Positions 21,475 through 34,000 of a stretch of 64,000 nucleotides of DNA are shown here, piece after piece; within the stretch, counting starts at the first letter, position 1, and each line of letters opens with the position of its first letter. The position numbers were made by a program, and so were the translations under genes. The stretch is taken from the NCBI GenBank assembly GCA_001599295.1, contig BCGN01000003.1, forward strand, positions 1,364,001 to 1,428,000. Direction: 5' to 3'. Source of the stretch: Sporopachydermia quercuum (Eukaryota). Under the pieces are notes generated by a model. It saw only the letters and a program-made list of their open reading frames with translations, had not been told where the DNA came from and ran no database searches.

Positions 21475-22362
21475 GTTTGAGAAGATGTTAAGTGAGTTAA
21501 TGAGTCGTAATCGAGGCAACAAGCAAGGACTTGAGATTAACCCTTGGGGCAGGCAATTAGTTGACCAGCATCAGCACCTTTCACTCAATTATAATATTTA
21601 CATGATTGTCCGGCTTTGGCTGCAGAAGCAATTAAACATACATATTTAGTTTTTAGTTGAATGAATCAGCAAGTAAACGAATGATGATGATTAGGAAGTG
21701 AAATATAGGAAGATATCTTGCTACATGTGAAAAAGAATTAAAGTGTATGCAGTAATATGCATGCTAGTATCAGTTGTCTTATATCAGGGACCTCTACTCT
21801 CCCAGAGTAATGAATGGCAGATTATTGTATACTAGAAATTCAAGAAGAATACATGATATTACAGGACTTCTTTGTAAAATAACAAGTTCATTTTTCCCAT
21901 TTACTTTTGGATAATTTCTAGTTCAACATACTGGTTTTTAGTCCGTTTTCTACAAATGCATTTGTCATTCTTTCAAGCAACTCCAACATGTCAGCCAAAA
22001 CATTTAATAATGTCTTGCATTACAATGCATATAATTAGAAACTCTATTTACTTCTTACCATTATTTAGCAAGTCACACACTTCTTCTCATGATAATTATG
22101 ATGTCAGCGTTAAACTAATCAAAATTAGAATATTAGAGAAACCATTTGTATTTTGTTATCTTATAATATATTAATGTACAATAGTTATAACCTGTCTTCT
22201 TCTATACAATCAAATTCTTCTCTGTATCAGTCGATATGCAGTTCAGTTATAAAAACAGTATATACCATTACATTTCGATCTTTCCATATAATGAGTCACC
22301 AGGAAGTATAAACACCAATATTCAACTCACAATCTCTTTGACAAGATCTCTCATTATAATTT

Positions 22363-25347
22363 TCATACATTATCTTCATATGTTCCTTCTTCTAAACTAT
22401 TTACAATGGCATTGTAAACCCATGGATGACTCAAAACGTCTTTGGTTGTCCAACGCTTATCTCTTCTTCTTAGCAAATTCTCTACAATCTCTTTAGCACC
22501 TCCCCATACTTTTGAATCCCATACTTTCTCTTTCCCCTCTGTAGAAAAAGCATACCAGCTCCATTCAACTCTTGCTATTCTATGGGCTGTTCTACCAACT
22601 CCACGACCTCCAGCTCCTCTTCCATCTGNTGGTGGATCAAATGGTAATCTTCCTTCCATTATACTATACAATAAAACACCTAAAGCCCAAGCATCAGTTT
22701 GTCTGCCATCATATGATTGCCCCATCATCAACTCTGGAGGGACATAGTCTTCTGACCCACATCTTGTAGTAAGCAAAGGACTGCTGGGATCAATAGTTCT
22801 TGATAGGCCAAAATCCGTCAAAGTAGACAACGCATGAGGATGTGTCGTTGGGTTCAAATTCATTAGATCAGTAAACACATAATTGATCAAAACGTTCTCC
22901 AGCTTGATATCTCTATGAACAATATTATTAGCATGTAAATAAGAAACAGCATGTACAACTTCAGAGAAGATTCTTCTCACAAGATCTGGTCTTATTTTAT
23001 TGCGATATAAAGCAATAAGATCAAATAAATCACCACCAGGGCAATAAGGCATTGCTATAAGAGTTCTTGTAAGTGACGTTACCTTGTTGAAGTTGAACAA
23101 TATTTCGGTAGGAGTTTTAACAATGGCCTTTTTCAGCTCGGCGTCTGCCAATGAGAATGATAGCATTTTGATAACAAACGGGTTATTGAGTATTTTCAGC
23201 ATTTCTAATTCACGCTTGATAGATCTTTCAATTCGATCTTTGGTGGCGCCCCCTGCAGCTCTTAGTTGAATGAATTTCACGGCCACCTGTTCAGGAGAAG
23301 AACGTGCCGTGGATTTCGCCGATTCCTTGGAGATTTTAGTGGCTGACTCTTTTGAGGATTGAGTTATGTTCTCATCTTGTGATTTTTCATTTCTTGTGTT
23401 ATTCTTGAGAGCTGTTACATCTTCAGCTAGATAAACTGTACTGAAAGTTCCATGGCCTAATTTCNTTATAATTCGTAGTTTATGGGTTTGCAGTTTAATA
23501 TCAATCGTCGTATAAAGCTTTTCTTTCCCTTGTAGATTGTTGATATCTATATCCTCATCTGCCGCAGTCTTAGCGGGCACCTGTATTGCGGCAATGCTGG
23601 GGACAAAATTAGCTTGCTTCTGTTTGCCATCATGTGACCTTGCATGGGATTTTGGTGCCTGATCATTATTATTATGTGTCTCAGTTCCAAAAGCTAGTTG
23701 AACATTCCCTAATGGTTTTCTATCTTCCATTTCCCCATGAAACTCATTTGTCGTATAGTTAGAACTGTCGCTAGAGTATTCGTCTTTTTGTTTAATTGAA
23801 TTTCGAGTACTAATATTACTTCTAGGCTTAATAGGTAAAGTCACATCACCAGTCATTGAACCAGGATTTATAGGATCCATTAAAACTCTTTCCCGTTCAA
23901 GATGCGAGGAGCCATTGTTTGTTGGGTCTTTTGCATTTGTTTGATTCAACAATGGAGATTTGAAACGTACAGGGGAAGATACAGTACGAGCTCTCGCGAT
24001 AGAATTAATATTACGGCTGATTTCTGCATCATGGTAGTTGTTTGGTGATGATGAAATCGTATTAGCTCGCAGAATGGCAGCAATTGCTTCCTTTGATCTT
24101 AGTGGTGAATGATCAAACATTTGAGGCACTGGATCAATTAGCACCTTCTTACTGATACTAGAGGCACCTGCAGTATTAGAGCGATTTGATGCTGCAATAG
24201 CTAAACTGCTACTAGCATCATGGTAAATAGATTCAGCTATTGATGATACATCATCATCATCAACTATAGATGGCAATGTGTCCTTATTTCTGCTTTTATT
24301 ATTATTATTATCATTAGTATCATCGTCATCATCACCATCATCACCATCATCATCACCATCATCATCACCAATATTAAGATCACGACCATGTTCTGCTGGT
24401 TCAGTTCTATTAGGAATGAATTCAGATGTAACTCTTACCGCTGAATCCAATCCAGACAGTCTATATGGTGCAGTATCAACATCCTTGTTATTCCGTCTCT
24501 TAGGTAATACTATTTGGCCTGATGTGTTTTTCCCATTGTTGTATCCACCGGTCGAACTGTTGGGTATAGCAACTGTATTTGAGTATGCTTCTGTAGGAAT
24601 CTGCATTGGTTGCGGGGAGCTTCTGGTAGATGACGTTGTTGAAGAAAAACTATTCCGTTTACCAATTGAACCAGACCGCGAAAAAGAGCCGAAGGAAGAT
24701 GTTGATGCNGATGCTGATGCTGAATAAACCAATGGTGATGGCAATGGTACTATATGATCACTGTAGAACCCTGATTCATTTCCCTGGTTAGTGTTTGGTG
24801 ATACGAAATTCAACCGTTCGTTCTTGAATGACGGTGAAGGCGATGGAGCACTGTTCTTTGAATCTGTGGTTCCAGAAATATTAACTGTGCTGTTCACTCT
24901 AATAGATAATTTAGGACCGTTCTGTTGATTTGATTGTCTGACCCCAAAACCTGGTGAGCTATTGCGTAAAAATTCCCCTGGTTCTTGGTGTAGTTGTGAG
25001 AACTGTTGCTGTATTTTCAGTGGAGGTGTTTGATAGATGTGATTGATGAATGAAGCAGCATTTGCAGAGGTAGTACAAATTAGTGGTGAATCTTCATTTT
25101 GGCTTGCAGGTTGCTGATTAGTAGTTGATTCAATTAAAGGAGGTGATGGCGATGAGGAGGCTGTCGCCTGCTGTATAGATGCATTGGCCAATTGTCTACT
25201 TAACGAGTTGTCGTCATCATTGTCAGAGTTTCTACTGGTGGTGATAGTATCAGGACTAGATGTAATGCTAGTAGTGTTGTTTGTTGAATTTACTTGTAGT
25301 TGCTTCGTTTGATTTTCATTCTGATCGCCAATGCTGTCTTCGGTCAT
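22363..25347 (-). CDS. PRR1: Ser/Thr protein kinase, Prr1-like, about 994 aa
   Basis: LGHGTFSTV, VAVK, HRDIKLEN, DFG, TRCGSEDYVPPE, DAWALGVLLY...RLPFDP. First ATG at 25347. Near SBA1, as in S. cerevisiae. Confidence 0.85.
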   Translation of the reverse strand: MTEDSIGDQNENQTKQLQVNSTNNTTSITSSPDTITTSRNSDNDDDNSLSRQLANASIQQATASSSPSPPLIESTTNQQPASQNEDSPLICTTSANAASFINHIYQTPPLKIQQQFSQLHQEPGEFLRNSSPGFGVRQSNQQNGPKLSIRVNSTVNISGTTDSKNSAPSPSPSFKNERLNFVSPNTNQGNESGFYSDHIVPLPSPLVYSASAXASTSSFGSFSRSGSIGKRNSFSSTTSSTRSSPQPMQIPTEAYSNTVAIPNSSTGGYNNGKNTSGQIVLPKRRNNKDVDTAPYRLSGLDSAVRVTSEFIPNRTEPAEHGRDLNIGDDDGDDDGDDGDDDDDTNDNNNNKSRNKDTLPSIVDDDDVSSIAESIYHDASSSLAIAASNRSNTAGASSISKKVLIDPVPQMFDHSPLRSKEAIAAILRANTISSSPNNYHDAEISRNINSIARARTVSSPVRFKSPLLNQTNAKDPTNNGSSHLERERVLMDPINPGSMTGDVTLPIKPRSNISTRNSIKQKDEYSSDSSNYTTNEFHGEMEDRKPLGNVQLAFGTETHNNNDQAPKSHARSHDGKQKQANFVPSIAAIQVPAKTAADEDIDINNLQGKEKLYTTIDIKLQTHKLRIIXKLGHGTFSTVYLAEDVTALKNNTRNEKSQDENITQSSKESATKISKESAKSTARSSPEQVAVKFIQLRAAGGATKDRIERSIKRELEMLKILNNPFVIKMLSFSLADAELKKAIVKTPTEILFNFNKVTSLTRTLIAMPYCPGGDLFDLIALYRNKIRPDLVRRIFSEVVHAVSYLHANNIVHRDIKLENVLINYVFTDLMNLNPTTHPHALSTLTDFGLSRTIDPSSPLLTTRCGSEDYVPPELMMGQSYDGRQTDAWALGVLLYSIMEGRLPFDPPXDGRGAGGRGVGRTAHRIARVEWSWYAFSTEGKEKVWDSKVWGGAKEIVENLLRRRDKRWTTKDVLSHPWVYNAIVNSLEEGTYEDNV

Positions 25348-26875
25348 TATTGCCAAGAAACATAAATGGCGAACAGAATTGGAAACTCCAGGGTTTGGCT
25401 TTGTTGATTGTAGCAAAATGAACGTGTAAATTATAATTTATGATAGCTGATCTCGTTTAAATAGTACTAAATAGTAGGTGAATAGAAGCACAGCATCAGG
25501 ATAGGGAAAAGTGTATAGTCAGAAGCTAAAGTATGTTTCTTCAATTGGTGTGATGTGATTTGATGTGATGATGTATACTAATTATCTATAAACAGGAGGA
25601 AACTTAAGTGGTACAGCAAATGTTGATGGCAGTAAAAAGCTACTCAGTTGCCCAATAAGATGCCAGTTTTTCTATCAGGTAAGATTGAATTGGCTAACAA
25701 TACTGATGAATCTGACTGCTTAGACACGTTGATAGTGTAGTCAATTAATCGCAGTTACTCTAGACAATGGCAAGGGTAGTAGAACAACTGTTATGACGCA
25801 AATCACTTGAATGTCGCAGTGTATAATGCAAACGTGACTTGCCTAATGATTGTTACTCTGATTTCATAGAACTATAAACTATGTTGATCAATACAATAAA
25901 TAGAAGAATGATTGTTTGTTTACTAACTAAAGGTAATTAGAAGAATTAAAGAATTTGTTTATGAAGAAGAAGAATGTTTGGTTAGTGAGCGGTATAGTAC
26001 GGAAGAAAAAAACTGTTGCCCTGACAAAGCCATGTGACAAAAATGTTGAGTGCTCAAAGAGGGAAGAATAGGTATATTTTGAGAAAGATAAGTCAGAGAG
26101 AAGGAGTGGAGAAATGGGACAGAAAGGGTATTGAGAACATATTGGGAGCGAGACGTGGAGATATTTGACTGTACGGAAGGTATTCAGAGTTGGGGTAAAA
26201 GATGAGGGTACTGAGAATGAATGGAAACCATGGAAGTAGCTCTGCTTGATGCTCATATCACGCAGTAAAACATATAGAAATCAATATAGGAAATTGAGGA
26301 AGAAAATAATCTGAAATTCAAGGGTTCATTTCTGTAGATGAAGATATAGAATCAAGAAAAGAAACGGAATGAGTAAATGCAATGGCTCACAGATTGTTAA
26401 ATGTACGAGAGGATGCAAGACATTCTGAATGTCATCGTGTTGACTCAGAACTTCCATTACAACTGATGTGACATTTTCTGATTTAGAGAAATAAATACTT
26501 CGGGCACCCTGAGAAGAAAGTTGGTCAATTGGTTCAACTAGCGAAAATGATGTATCAATGGTTTCCCCTCTTATATTGTCCTCTTTTTCGACATGCCGGT
26601 TGGTTGTGTCTAAAATATCCCTTTGGCCATCGTTTTCCTCCCATGTTTTACCATGTCACAGCTAACATCTTATTCTTCTAGAATGTCAAAAGAAGCCATG
26701 AAGCAAAAGCTACTCCTGTCAAATTCTGTACTTCTGCAAAATAATACTTTCCATTTTATCTCTCTCAACCTGTCCAGTAGCTTCTCCTTCAAGGACTAAT
26801 CAATCTATATATGTATTTATATGCCTCTGTAGCATATCATATCAATATTTCTCATCTCTTCATCATTCTTTATCA

Positions 26876-26911
26876 TCACGTGATTTCCATTACAAATATT
26901 TTGTCACGTGA
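26876..26911. promoter_or_regulatory. Pair of TCACGTGA E-boxes (Cbf1-type bHLH sites)
   Basis: Perfect palindromes at 26876-26883 and 26904-26911, about 300 bp upstream of the PET127-like ATG. Confidence 0.5.
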
Positions 26912-27190
26912 TGTCTTGGTTCATCACTTGGAGGGAGACGTGATGTAATTCCAGTATGTGGAAAATACTTTCGTTTCTAATCGAAGTAGATAATAGAAGT
27001 TTCTTATGGGACACTTTTGCATTGTAAAAACTATCTTGTCATTGTAAACAAAAGTCCTTACTCCACAAAAATACTTTTTTTCCTGGAGGAAGCTTGTTGA
27101 GGGTTCTGACATAATTTCTTGCCCGAAATATAGCAAAACGGCAGTAGTCTCATTCGNTGTGGTTGTTATTCTGCTGTAATCAGTTGCAAA

Positions 27191-29488
27191 ATGGCGCTTA
27201 CCTCTTCTGTCATTACGATAGGATATGTTGGACAAAAAGGAGCTCCTACGATTGTATATCGAAGTGGTTATATATTTAAGTCATTATTTCATAGCAGTAG
27301 CATCAACAACAAGGGAGAAAATAGGGATGTCAAAAGAAACTACAAGAAAAGAGGTAATGGTAGAAAGTTTTCAGATGAGAATGATTTCAATAGAGGAATT
27401 CAAAGGAGCATTCAGTTCAGAAAGAGGAAACCGAAATCCAAAGAAATAAATGCATTGTTTCAATCAAAAATTGTAGAAACCCCGTTTCGCTTTCCTGGGT
27501 TGAAAACAAAAGGACCAGTTCCATTCGATGACCTCAATTCCGAAGTTTTGAGTGAGACTTCTGGCATGCAAGTCCTTGAAAAAGAAGCTGTTGACCTACC
27601 TCATATAGATGATGTGTTGTTTTGCCCCGGCCCTCATATGTCATTNCCGCGTTATGAACAAGGTGTACCAGTTCCAAACTTCAAAGCCAAGGATGTTGAA
27701 AAATATATCTATCAGGTTAGAAATCGTTCAGCCAAGGATTATGACGATTATTTGTCAATGGCAATGAACAGCAAAGACTTTTCCAAATATGAGAAGGACT
27801 TCAATGAAGCAAGTGAAGAAGTTCGGTTAAACGTTCGATCCAGTGTTTTGGCGGAGTTGTTAGTACCAGTTCACCATGTTATCAGTAAATTCAAACCAAT
27901 TCCCTGCAAAGACCTTGCTAAAATAGCAACAAGAGAAGTTGGAAAGGTAGCTTTGAATGATATCTATACCCATAATGAATATCGATGGCGATCTGTATAT
28001 ATTCAATATAATACAGGTCTAGATAGTTATACATTGCTACCAGATTTATCAATAGTTTCTGATTTTAATGGTACTCTCAATGATGAATACGTCAAGACAG
28101 AATTACATGATCGTGAAGCTAGAAAAAATAAACGATATGAAAGAAAAGGGGTAATATTTGCATTGAATACTGCTAGAGAGCTAAATCGAGGGCTCACTGT
28201 ATTTTCTTCAAGCAAGTTTAAGAACAATAATTTGGTTCACTCTCCTTTTTATGATTTTTTTACTACTCCAATCATCAGAAAATATCAAAATAGAAATACA
28301 AACACAGATCTAAAAGTATTCAATGAAGTCCTAACTAGTATCCTGAGAGGTAGGCTGCTTACTTCTTACTTTTCTGCAATAAATGATGGAAAAGACGGTA
28401 TTTTGGTTGCATACAGAAAAGCGGCAGAACCCCCTGAAAGGCTTAGAGATTCCTCAAAGAGAAAACCTGGGTTGAGGCACAACCTGGGAAATGACGATAC
28501 TTTGGAAGGTGTGGATAAATTTGGGAATCCTACGTATCATAATTATGGCTATGAGTATCTGCCAATTGATCAGTTGGACAAGTTTTTCCATACAGGTGGC
28601 AAAGACCTTGATGCTGTGCAACTTTCGAGAAATGGTTTAATGGTTAAAGCAACTGAGACACCTGCATCCGAAAAGCAGAGAGCGTTTGAAAGTATACAGA
28701 ATGCAAAGGAAGCATCAGGAAGTGAAGCCAACGAAATCAGTGAGACTGAAACTTCTGCTGATCGTTCCGACAGCGAGAAGAATGAACCTTCTGTTGGTTA
28801 CGCTTATGGATATTCTCCCAAAATAGTGAGATCTGCGCATGATGTAGAAAGTACGATCAAAGAAATAGAAGCTTCAGAGGATGTTTATGATGAGAAAATG
28901 TCCAGGAGAATTGCTGGAAAAGAGTATGAATTTTCAGTACAATTTCTACAACAATTAGTCACTAGAATAATAAATTCATACAAAGAAAACTGTGCTTTTT
29001 CTGACGAAACAGTTATAAACCTGGCGTTCAGGCCCAGCTTTGATGAGGATACTGATCAGTTTGTTTTACAAGTCTTCACATTTCCCACTGAAACTGGTTT
29101 TGCTTATAATGTTAATAAGAAGTCAATTTCGCGTGCTTTAGCAAGACAACAATTGTCGAATTTGGTCGCTAGCGATGATGTTGACTCAAGAACTCTACGT
29201 ATGGCTAAAGAAAGGGTTAAGATGGAGTCCGATAGTCTTTACAAAGCCATGAGAGCTTTTAGGTCAAGACATATTCCGAAAACTACTTTGATAAATTTTA
29301 CTTTTGAGCACAAGTTTGACGGTAAGCCTCTTCATCCTAGCAGATTTCCTTTAATTGACGCCAATACAGAAGACTGGGATGTCGAAGTAAAGTCGTGGTT
29401 AGAAACTGATGAAAATGCCATTGCGAAAGCAGTCTATAGTATGGTATGGGAGAGTCAACTTACTATTCGAGAAGTAAAGATTGAATAA
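27191..29488 (+). CDS. PET127: Pet127-like mitochondrial RNA-processing protein with degenerate nuclease motifs, 765 aa
   Basis: Collinear Pet127-like blocks: HIDDVLFCPG, SSVLAELLVPVHHVISKFKP, GVIFALNTAR, GKDGILVAY, GYEYLPIDQLD, EYEFSVQFL. Basic presequence-like N-terminus. Confidence 0.7.
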   Translation: MALTSSVITIGYVGQKGAPTIVYRSGYIFKSLFHSSSINNKGENRDVKRNYKKRGNGRKFSDENDFNRGIQRSIQFRKRKPKSKEINALFQSKIVETPFRFPGLKTKGPVPFDDLNSEVLSETSGMQVLEKEAVDLPHIDDVLFCPGPHMSXPRYEQGVPVPNFKAKDVEKYIYQVRNRSAKDYDDYLSMAMNSKDFSKYEKDFNEASEEVRLNVRSSVLAELLVPVHHVISKFKPIPCKDLAKIATREVGKVALNDIYTHNEYRWRSVYIQYNTGLDSYTLLPDLSIVSDFNGTLNDEYVKTELHDREARKNKRYERKGVIFALNTARELNRGLTVFSSSKFKNNNLVHSPFYDFFTTPIIRKYQNRNTNTDLKVFNEVLTSILRGRLLTSYFSAINDGKDGILVAYRKAAEPPERLRDSSKRKPGLRHNLGNDDTLEGVDKFGNPTYHNYGYEYLPIDQLDKFFHTGGKDLDAVQLSRNGLMVKATETPASEKQRAFESIQNAKEASGSEANEISETETSADRSDSEKNEPSVGYAYGYSPKIVRSAHDVESTIKEIEASEDVYDEKMSRRIAGKEYEFSVQFLQQLVTRIINSYKENCAFSDETVINLAFRPSFDEDTDQFVLQVFTFPTETGFAYNVNKKSISRALARQQLSNLVASDDVDSRTLRMAKERVKMESDSLYKAMRAFRSRHIPKTTLINFTFEHKFDGKPLHPSRFPLIDANTEDWDVEVKSWLETDENAIAKAVYSMVWESQLTIREVKIE

Positions 29489-31052
29489 AACAAAGGAGAA
29501 AAAAAGAAGATGGAAAGGAAGAGTGAAACTCAAAAACATTTTGAAGTCTATGTTTTTTCTTGTATATAATTCGTTAGATAAAAGAGATATCAAACAAATA
29601 TTCATTAGAAAAGATAAGGATAAGTAGGGGTTAGTACTGGTACTTCCTAACATCAGTCATCAGTCAGGAGAGTTCGAGTTGCTGTCAATGACAACCTTAT
29701 GGCACAAAATTTGTTCGTATACGTAAACAGGGTTTTCTTCAAAGCTGATGGTTACATATTTCTAGCATGTGGTATCAAATGATGAAGAACTAAATGATAG
29801 TAAAAAGTTTATCGATCGATATAAAATCCTGATAGATGGCCCCAGATGAACTGCAGCCTATGCATTCCAATGCAGAGGAAACCTTAATTTGCTTCACGTG
29901 ACATATGTTATATATTTAAAAACATCTACTTCTTCCTGAGAGAAATAAGTTTCCATAGGGGCTATTTGACTCTAATCATTGTATACTGAAAAAAATCTAA
30001 CGAAAATCCCAAGCTTTCACTCAACAATTTATGTTGTATCTCTATATCTCCACATTTCCATCAAGAATCCGTTTCCTTTGGTATTTCAATCTAGCCGCTT
30101 ATAGTGATTACCCAATCTAATTCTATCTCTCAGCCTGCCCCCTCTTTCTATAGGGATTCCGCGAGATATTTCCCATTCATCAGTAAAAGTGGAAAAGAGA
30201 GTTGACAGCGAAATTGAATTATTCCATCCTAGATACCGGCCATATATTAACCGAATGTATTGATTGATCAATAAATGCTTAGTTCTTATAGATAGAAATC
30301 AGCTATTAAATCCTTCAAACCACTGATTAGGTCTTACTGAAAGGTGATTAGTTGCAGCTGTAAGAGATTCAAACGCTGGTCTCAATTGCTTGTATTTCGT
30401 TTCATTACTAAACAGATAACATATCTCATCCTTTGTATATTATCTACAATCGCAATTATAATTGATCATAAAGCTATAGGCAATTGCGGAATATAGATGG
30501 AGTAGTTACCAGACATTTGTTTGATACAGCTATTGAGATTGGCTGCTTGTCTTGAGCTAATTATCCAGAAGAGAACTCTAGATAGAAACAAATCTGTTGT
30601 AAAGAAGTCTCAGGTCACAATTCTCTACCTGAAAGGGGATCATAATACTTCAAGAGTTCTTGACTGCGGAACCTATCTAATTATTGGGCACATCCATAGA
30701 ATTATTAACAGGTTATTTCATTCCACTGAATAACGGTAAGGGACATATTGGTTAAACCGGAGACTGTAAATGATTGACGTTCAGGTCGAGGTAACCAAAT
30801 AACAACGACGAAGCAGTTGATGGAATGAAGGAAAGGGAGAAAAGAGGATAGGAAGATTCATCAAACGAAGTACGTAGGAATCAATCAGCGAAAATAAAAC
30901 ACTGATAGGTTCCTTGCCTTGCTTACTTTGAACATTTGATACTTGTGTCCCTTGGGTTTGCATACTTTTATACTATCTGTTGCTTTTATAGCTGGCTGCT
31001 GATACTCGCAAGTATCACATTTATATCCGATTGATTATATCCAATTTTCATA

Positions 31053-34000
31053 ATGGCAACAGGAGATTTTGACGATTCAAGTAAAGAGATTTCTCTTATA
31101 AATGGGGTTGGATCTCCAAATGGGCTTCTTGACGCAGCCAATGGAAAGTCTATCGACAATTCAACAAGTTCTCCTCCAGGGGACAAACCTGCATCATTGA
31201 ATCCCTCAATAACTTCGACAAATATTAAAGGAAAATCAAGTCCTCCTCCGATTCCTCATATTGAAATGAACATAATACGATACACGCAAATCATTCAATC
31301 ATACTTCAGGCATGCTTATCATGAATTCTCCCATCTAATTGAAACGTTCTCATCATTATCACAGTCAGATATGCAGAAGAAGAAAAGATTTCTTGAGTAT
31401 ATCATACAAACGCGGAAAGATTTAATCAAATTGTATGTTTTATGCAAATGGGCTGTTCATGCTAAAGATGTCAGTGTTAACATCGATTTACTTGGTTGGT
31501 TAAGAGGTCAGCAAAACTGTTATGACAATCTGATATGGAACTTGAAACAAGTGAATGGTCAGCTAGTGAGTGCCAAATTACCTAATCCTGATATTCTCAC
31601 CGCTCTTGAAGTTCTCAAACTGAAACGGCCTCAATTACCTTCTTATANTTATTTACCTAAGAATCCAATAAGTGCGAGATCAATCCAGCAAATACTAAGA
31701 GATATGAACATGNTACTTGCTATAAAACTGTCATTAATTAATACTACTAAGTATGGAAATTCCAGCACAGATAACAATACAACAGGCACATCAGTATTAC
31801 CAAAGCAATTTTCCTGCTATAAAATAGCTAATGGTAGAGTAACCTTCACTGTGGCTAATGAATTTGAGGTCGATCTCAGTATTGCTGGAGATGATCCTCA
31901 GTCACCTTTCTTCCTAGTAGACTTCAGGTTTATTTACAACAATGCACATGTACTATCACCATTTGAAAAATTCAAGATAGAGCGAACAGCAAATGAAATC
32001 TTAAGTAAAAGGGATCTGTCTCAATTATACAAACCTCTGCATATGCTAACAATGCTATATAAGCTGTTCAGACTTCATAGACAGTTCAAAGAGCTAGGTT
32101 TAGGTTTATGGGAAGGCAGCATTGGTCATCTATTCAATCCTGACAAATGTTTATTGATCATTGAGTACTGGAAGCATCGTAAAGGTAATAAGAATTACTT
32201 GGAAATCGGTTTATCAAAGCATGATGAATGTGAATTTGTTATCAGATGGTTCCGCAATGGTGAGTATGTTCCTGATAGGGAGCACGATTTAAAAATCAGT
32301 CAGCAAACATTAGATGGACAGGAGCTACTGGAAACGGTGTCATCACTGCATCTCAAGTGGGAAATGACAAATCTATATAACACTCTTTTAGCTATTCTTC
32401 ATCCGCATTTAACCTCAAGTGGTATTACCACTAGCATTGCCACTAGGAATAGCCATGGTACTAGTAGCAATATTGGTAATTCTACTGGATCAATGGCTTC
32501 ATCAATACCTAAATCGCCACGACAATCAATCANTATTATTCAAGGAAATAATTCAAGATCAACTACTCTGACGGTGCCTTCAAATATTCCCTCAGCACCG
32601 AGCATGAATGGCAAATTATCATCAACATTTTCGAGGATAGATGACGCCCCAATCACAGGAATTAAAGCCAGGATCGTCAGAACCAACTCTATAGTTGATG
32701 AATACTCACGAATAGTTGACTTATTANCTGATTATGAGCTTTTCATGAGAATTGGCCAAGCTCGAACCTTGAACCTCAAAATCGACCAATATACAGGTCA
32801 TTTCTCTATTCACAATCCTACAACACGAATGCTGATCCTGTTAAGACAAATGAATGAAATGCCAGACACAGCTGCTACATGCTTGCTTCAATTACGTCTC
32901 ATGAGTNTCCAAGATGAACTAAGTACTATGTTATCAGTGTTAGAATTGCAAAAGAATGCAACGATCAGCTTGAGCAATGAAGAAATCAAAAGGAATTTTG
33001 CTCCTACTGAAATGAGCATTACTTCAACCGATGCTATTGGAAGGTCTAATCATCTACATAAAGTAACGGTATTATCGCAGCTAAGAGGGTTCCTTTACTT
33101 CAGAAAACCATGCTGGCCTCATTCTTGGTTCCTTATTGTTTCCATTACCTCATATTTAGAATACTCGTTAGACTGGTTCATGGGTAGTTTATATTGTAGT
33201 AATGGAATTTGGAGAGTGCGATATCTAGATGAAATCAAGTTGGAGAAGGATTCCCTTATTGATTTGGATAGAATCACTTATAGCAACCTTGAAAGGTTTA
33301 TTCTTTTCGCGGAAAGAAGATTAGCAATTGAGCTTGTTTTCAGAGATTTCTCTAAAATGGGACTTAAATTCAAAGTGGTTATGGCTGATACCTTGAAAGA
33401 ACTAGTTGTTTTTGACGATAAAGCCCAATCTGCAGCTGGCTCTACTGATTATAAGCTAGACGACTCCAATAAGCCAGGCATTACAAACGAGCATCCTGTT
33501 ACAGTTATTGAGAATGAAAAGTTTGAACAACAGGTTCAACATCTAGATGATTTCACACCGATGTTACTGCTTGATCTAAGAGCAATCAGCTCTGAAAGTA
33601 CCACCTGGGCTTATAAGTCGGTATTTGTACTGCTAAGGTTTCCTAGTGCTAATGGTGCCAGTAGAACAACAAGTGTATTTGAAGGCTTAGAGGCAATAAT
33701 AAAAGGAAAGATAAAAGAGAACGTGTCAAGAACGTTCTCAGACATTCTATCTAATTTGAATGGCACCTCAGGTCCATTGTTAGTGAAGAATATTGATAAC
33801 GATGTTGTTTTGAACCTGAGAACTGGTGAATTTACCATCAAGACTGCAATTGATTTCGTTAATGATAGAAACATTGATAGTGCTAGCGACAGTTCAATAT
33901 CATTGAACTATAGGCCTCTGAGAACAAAACCAGACGAAGATGATCAAGACGAGAGTGATGGTGAAGGTGAAAATGAGAGTATATCACAAGTAAACTCAAT

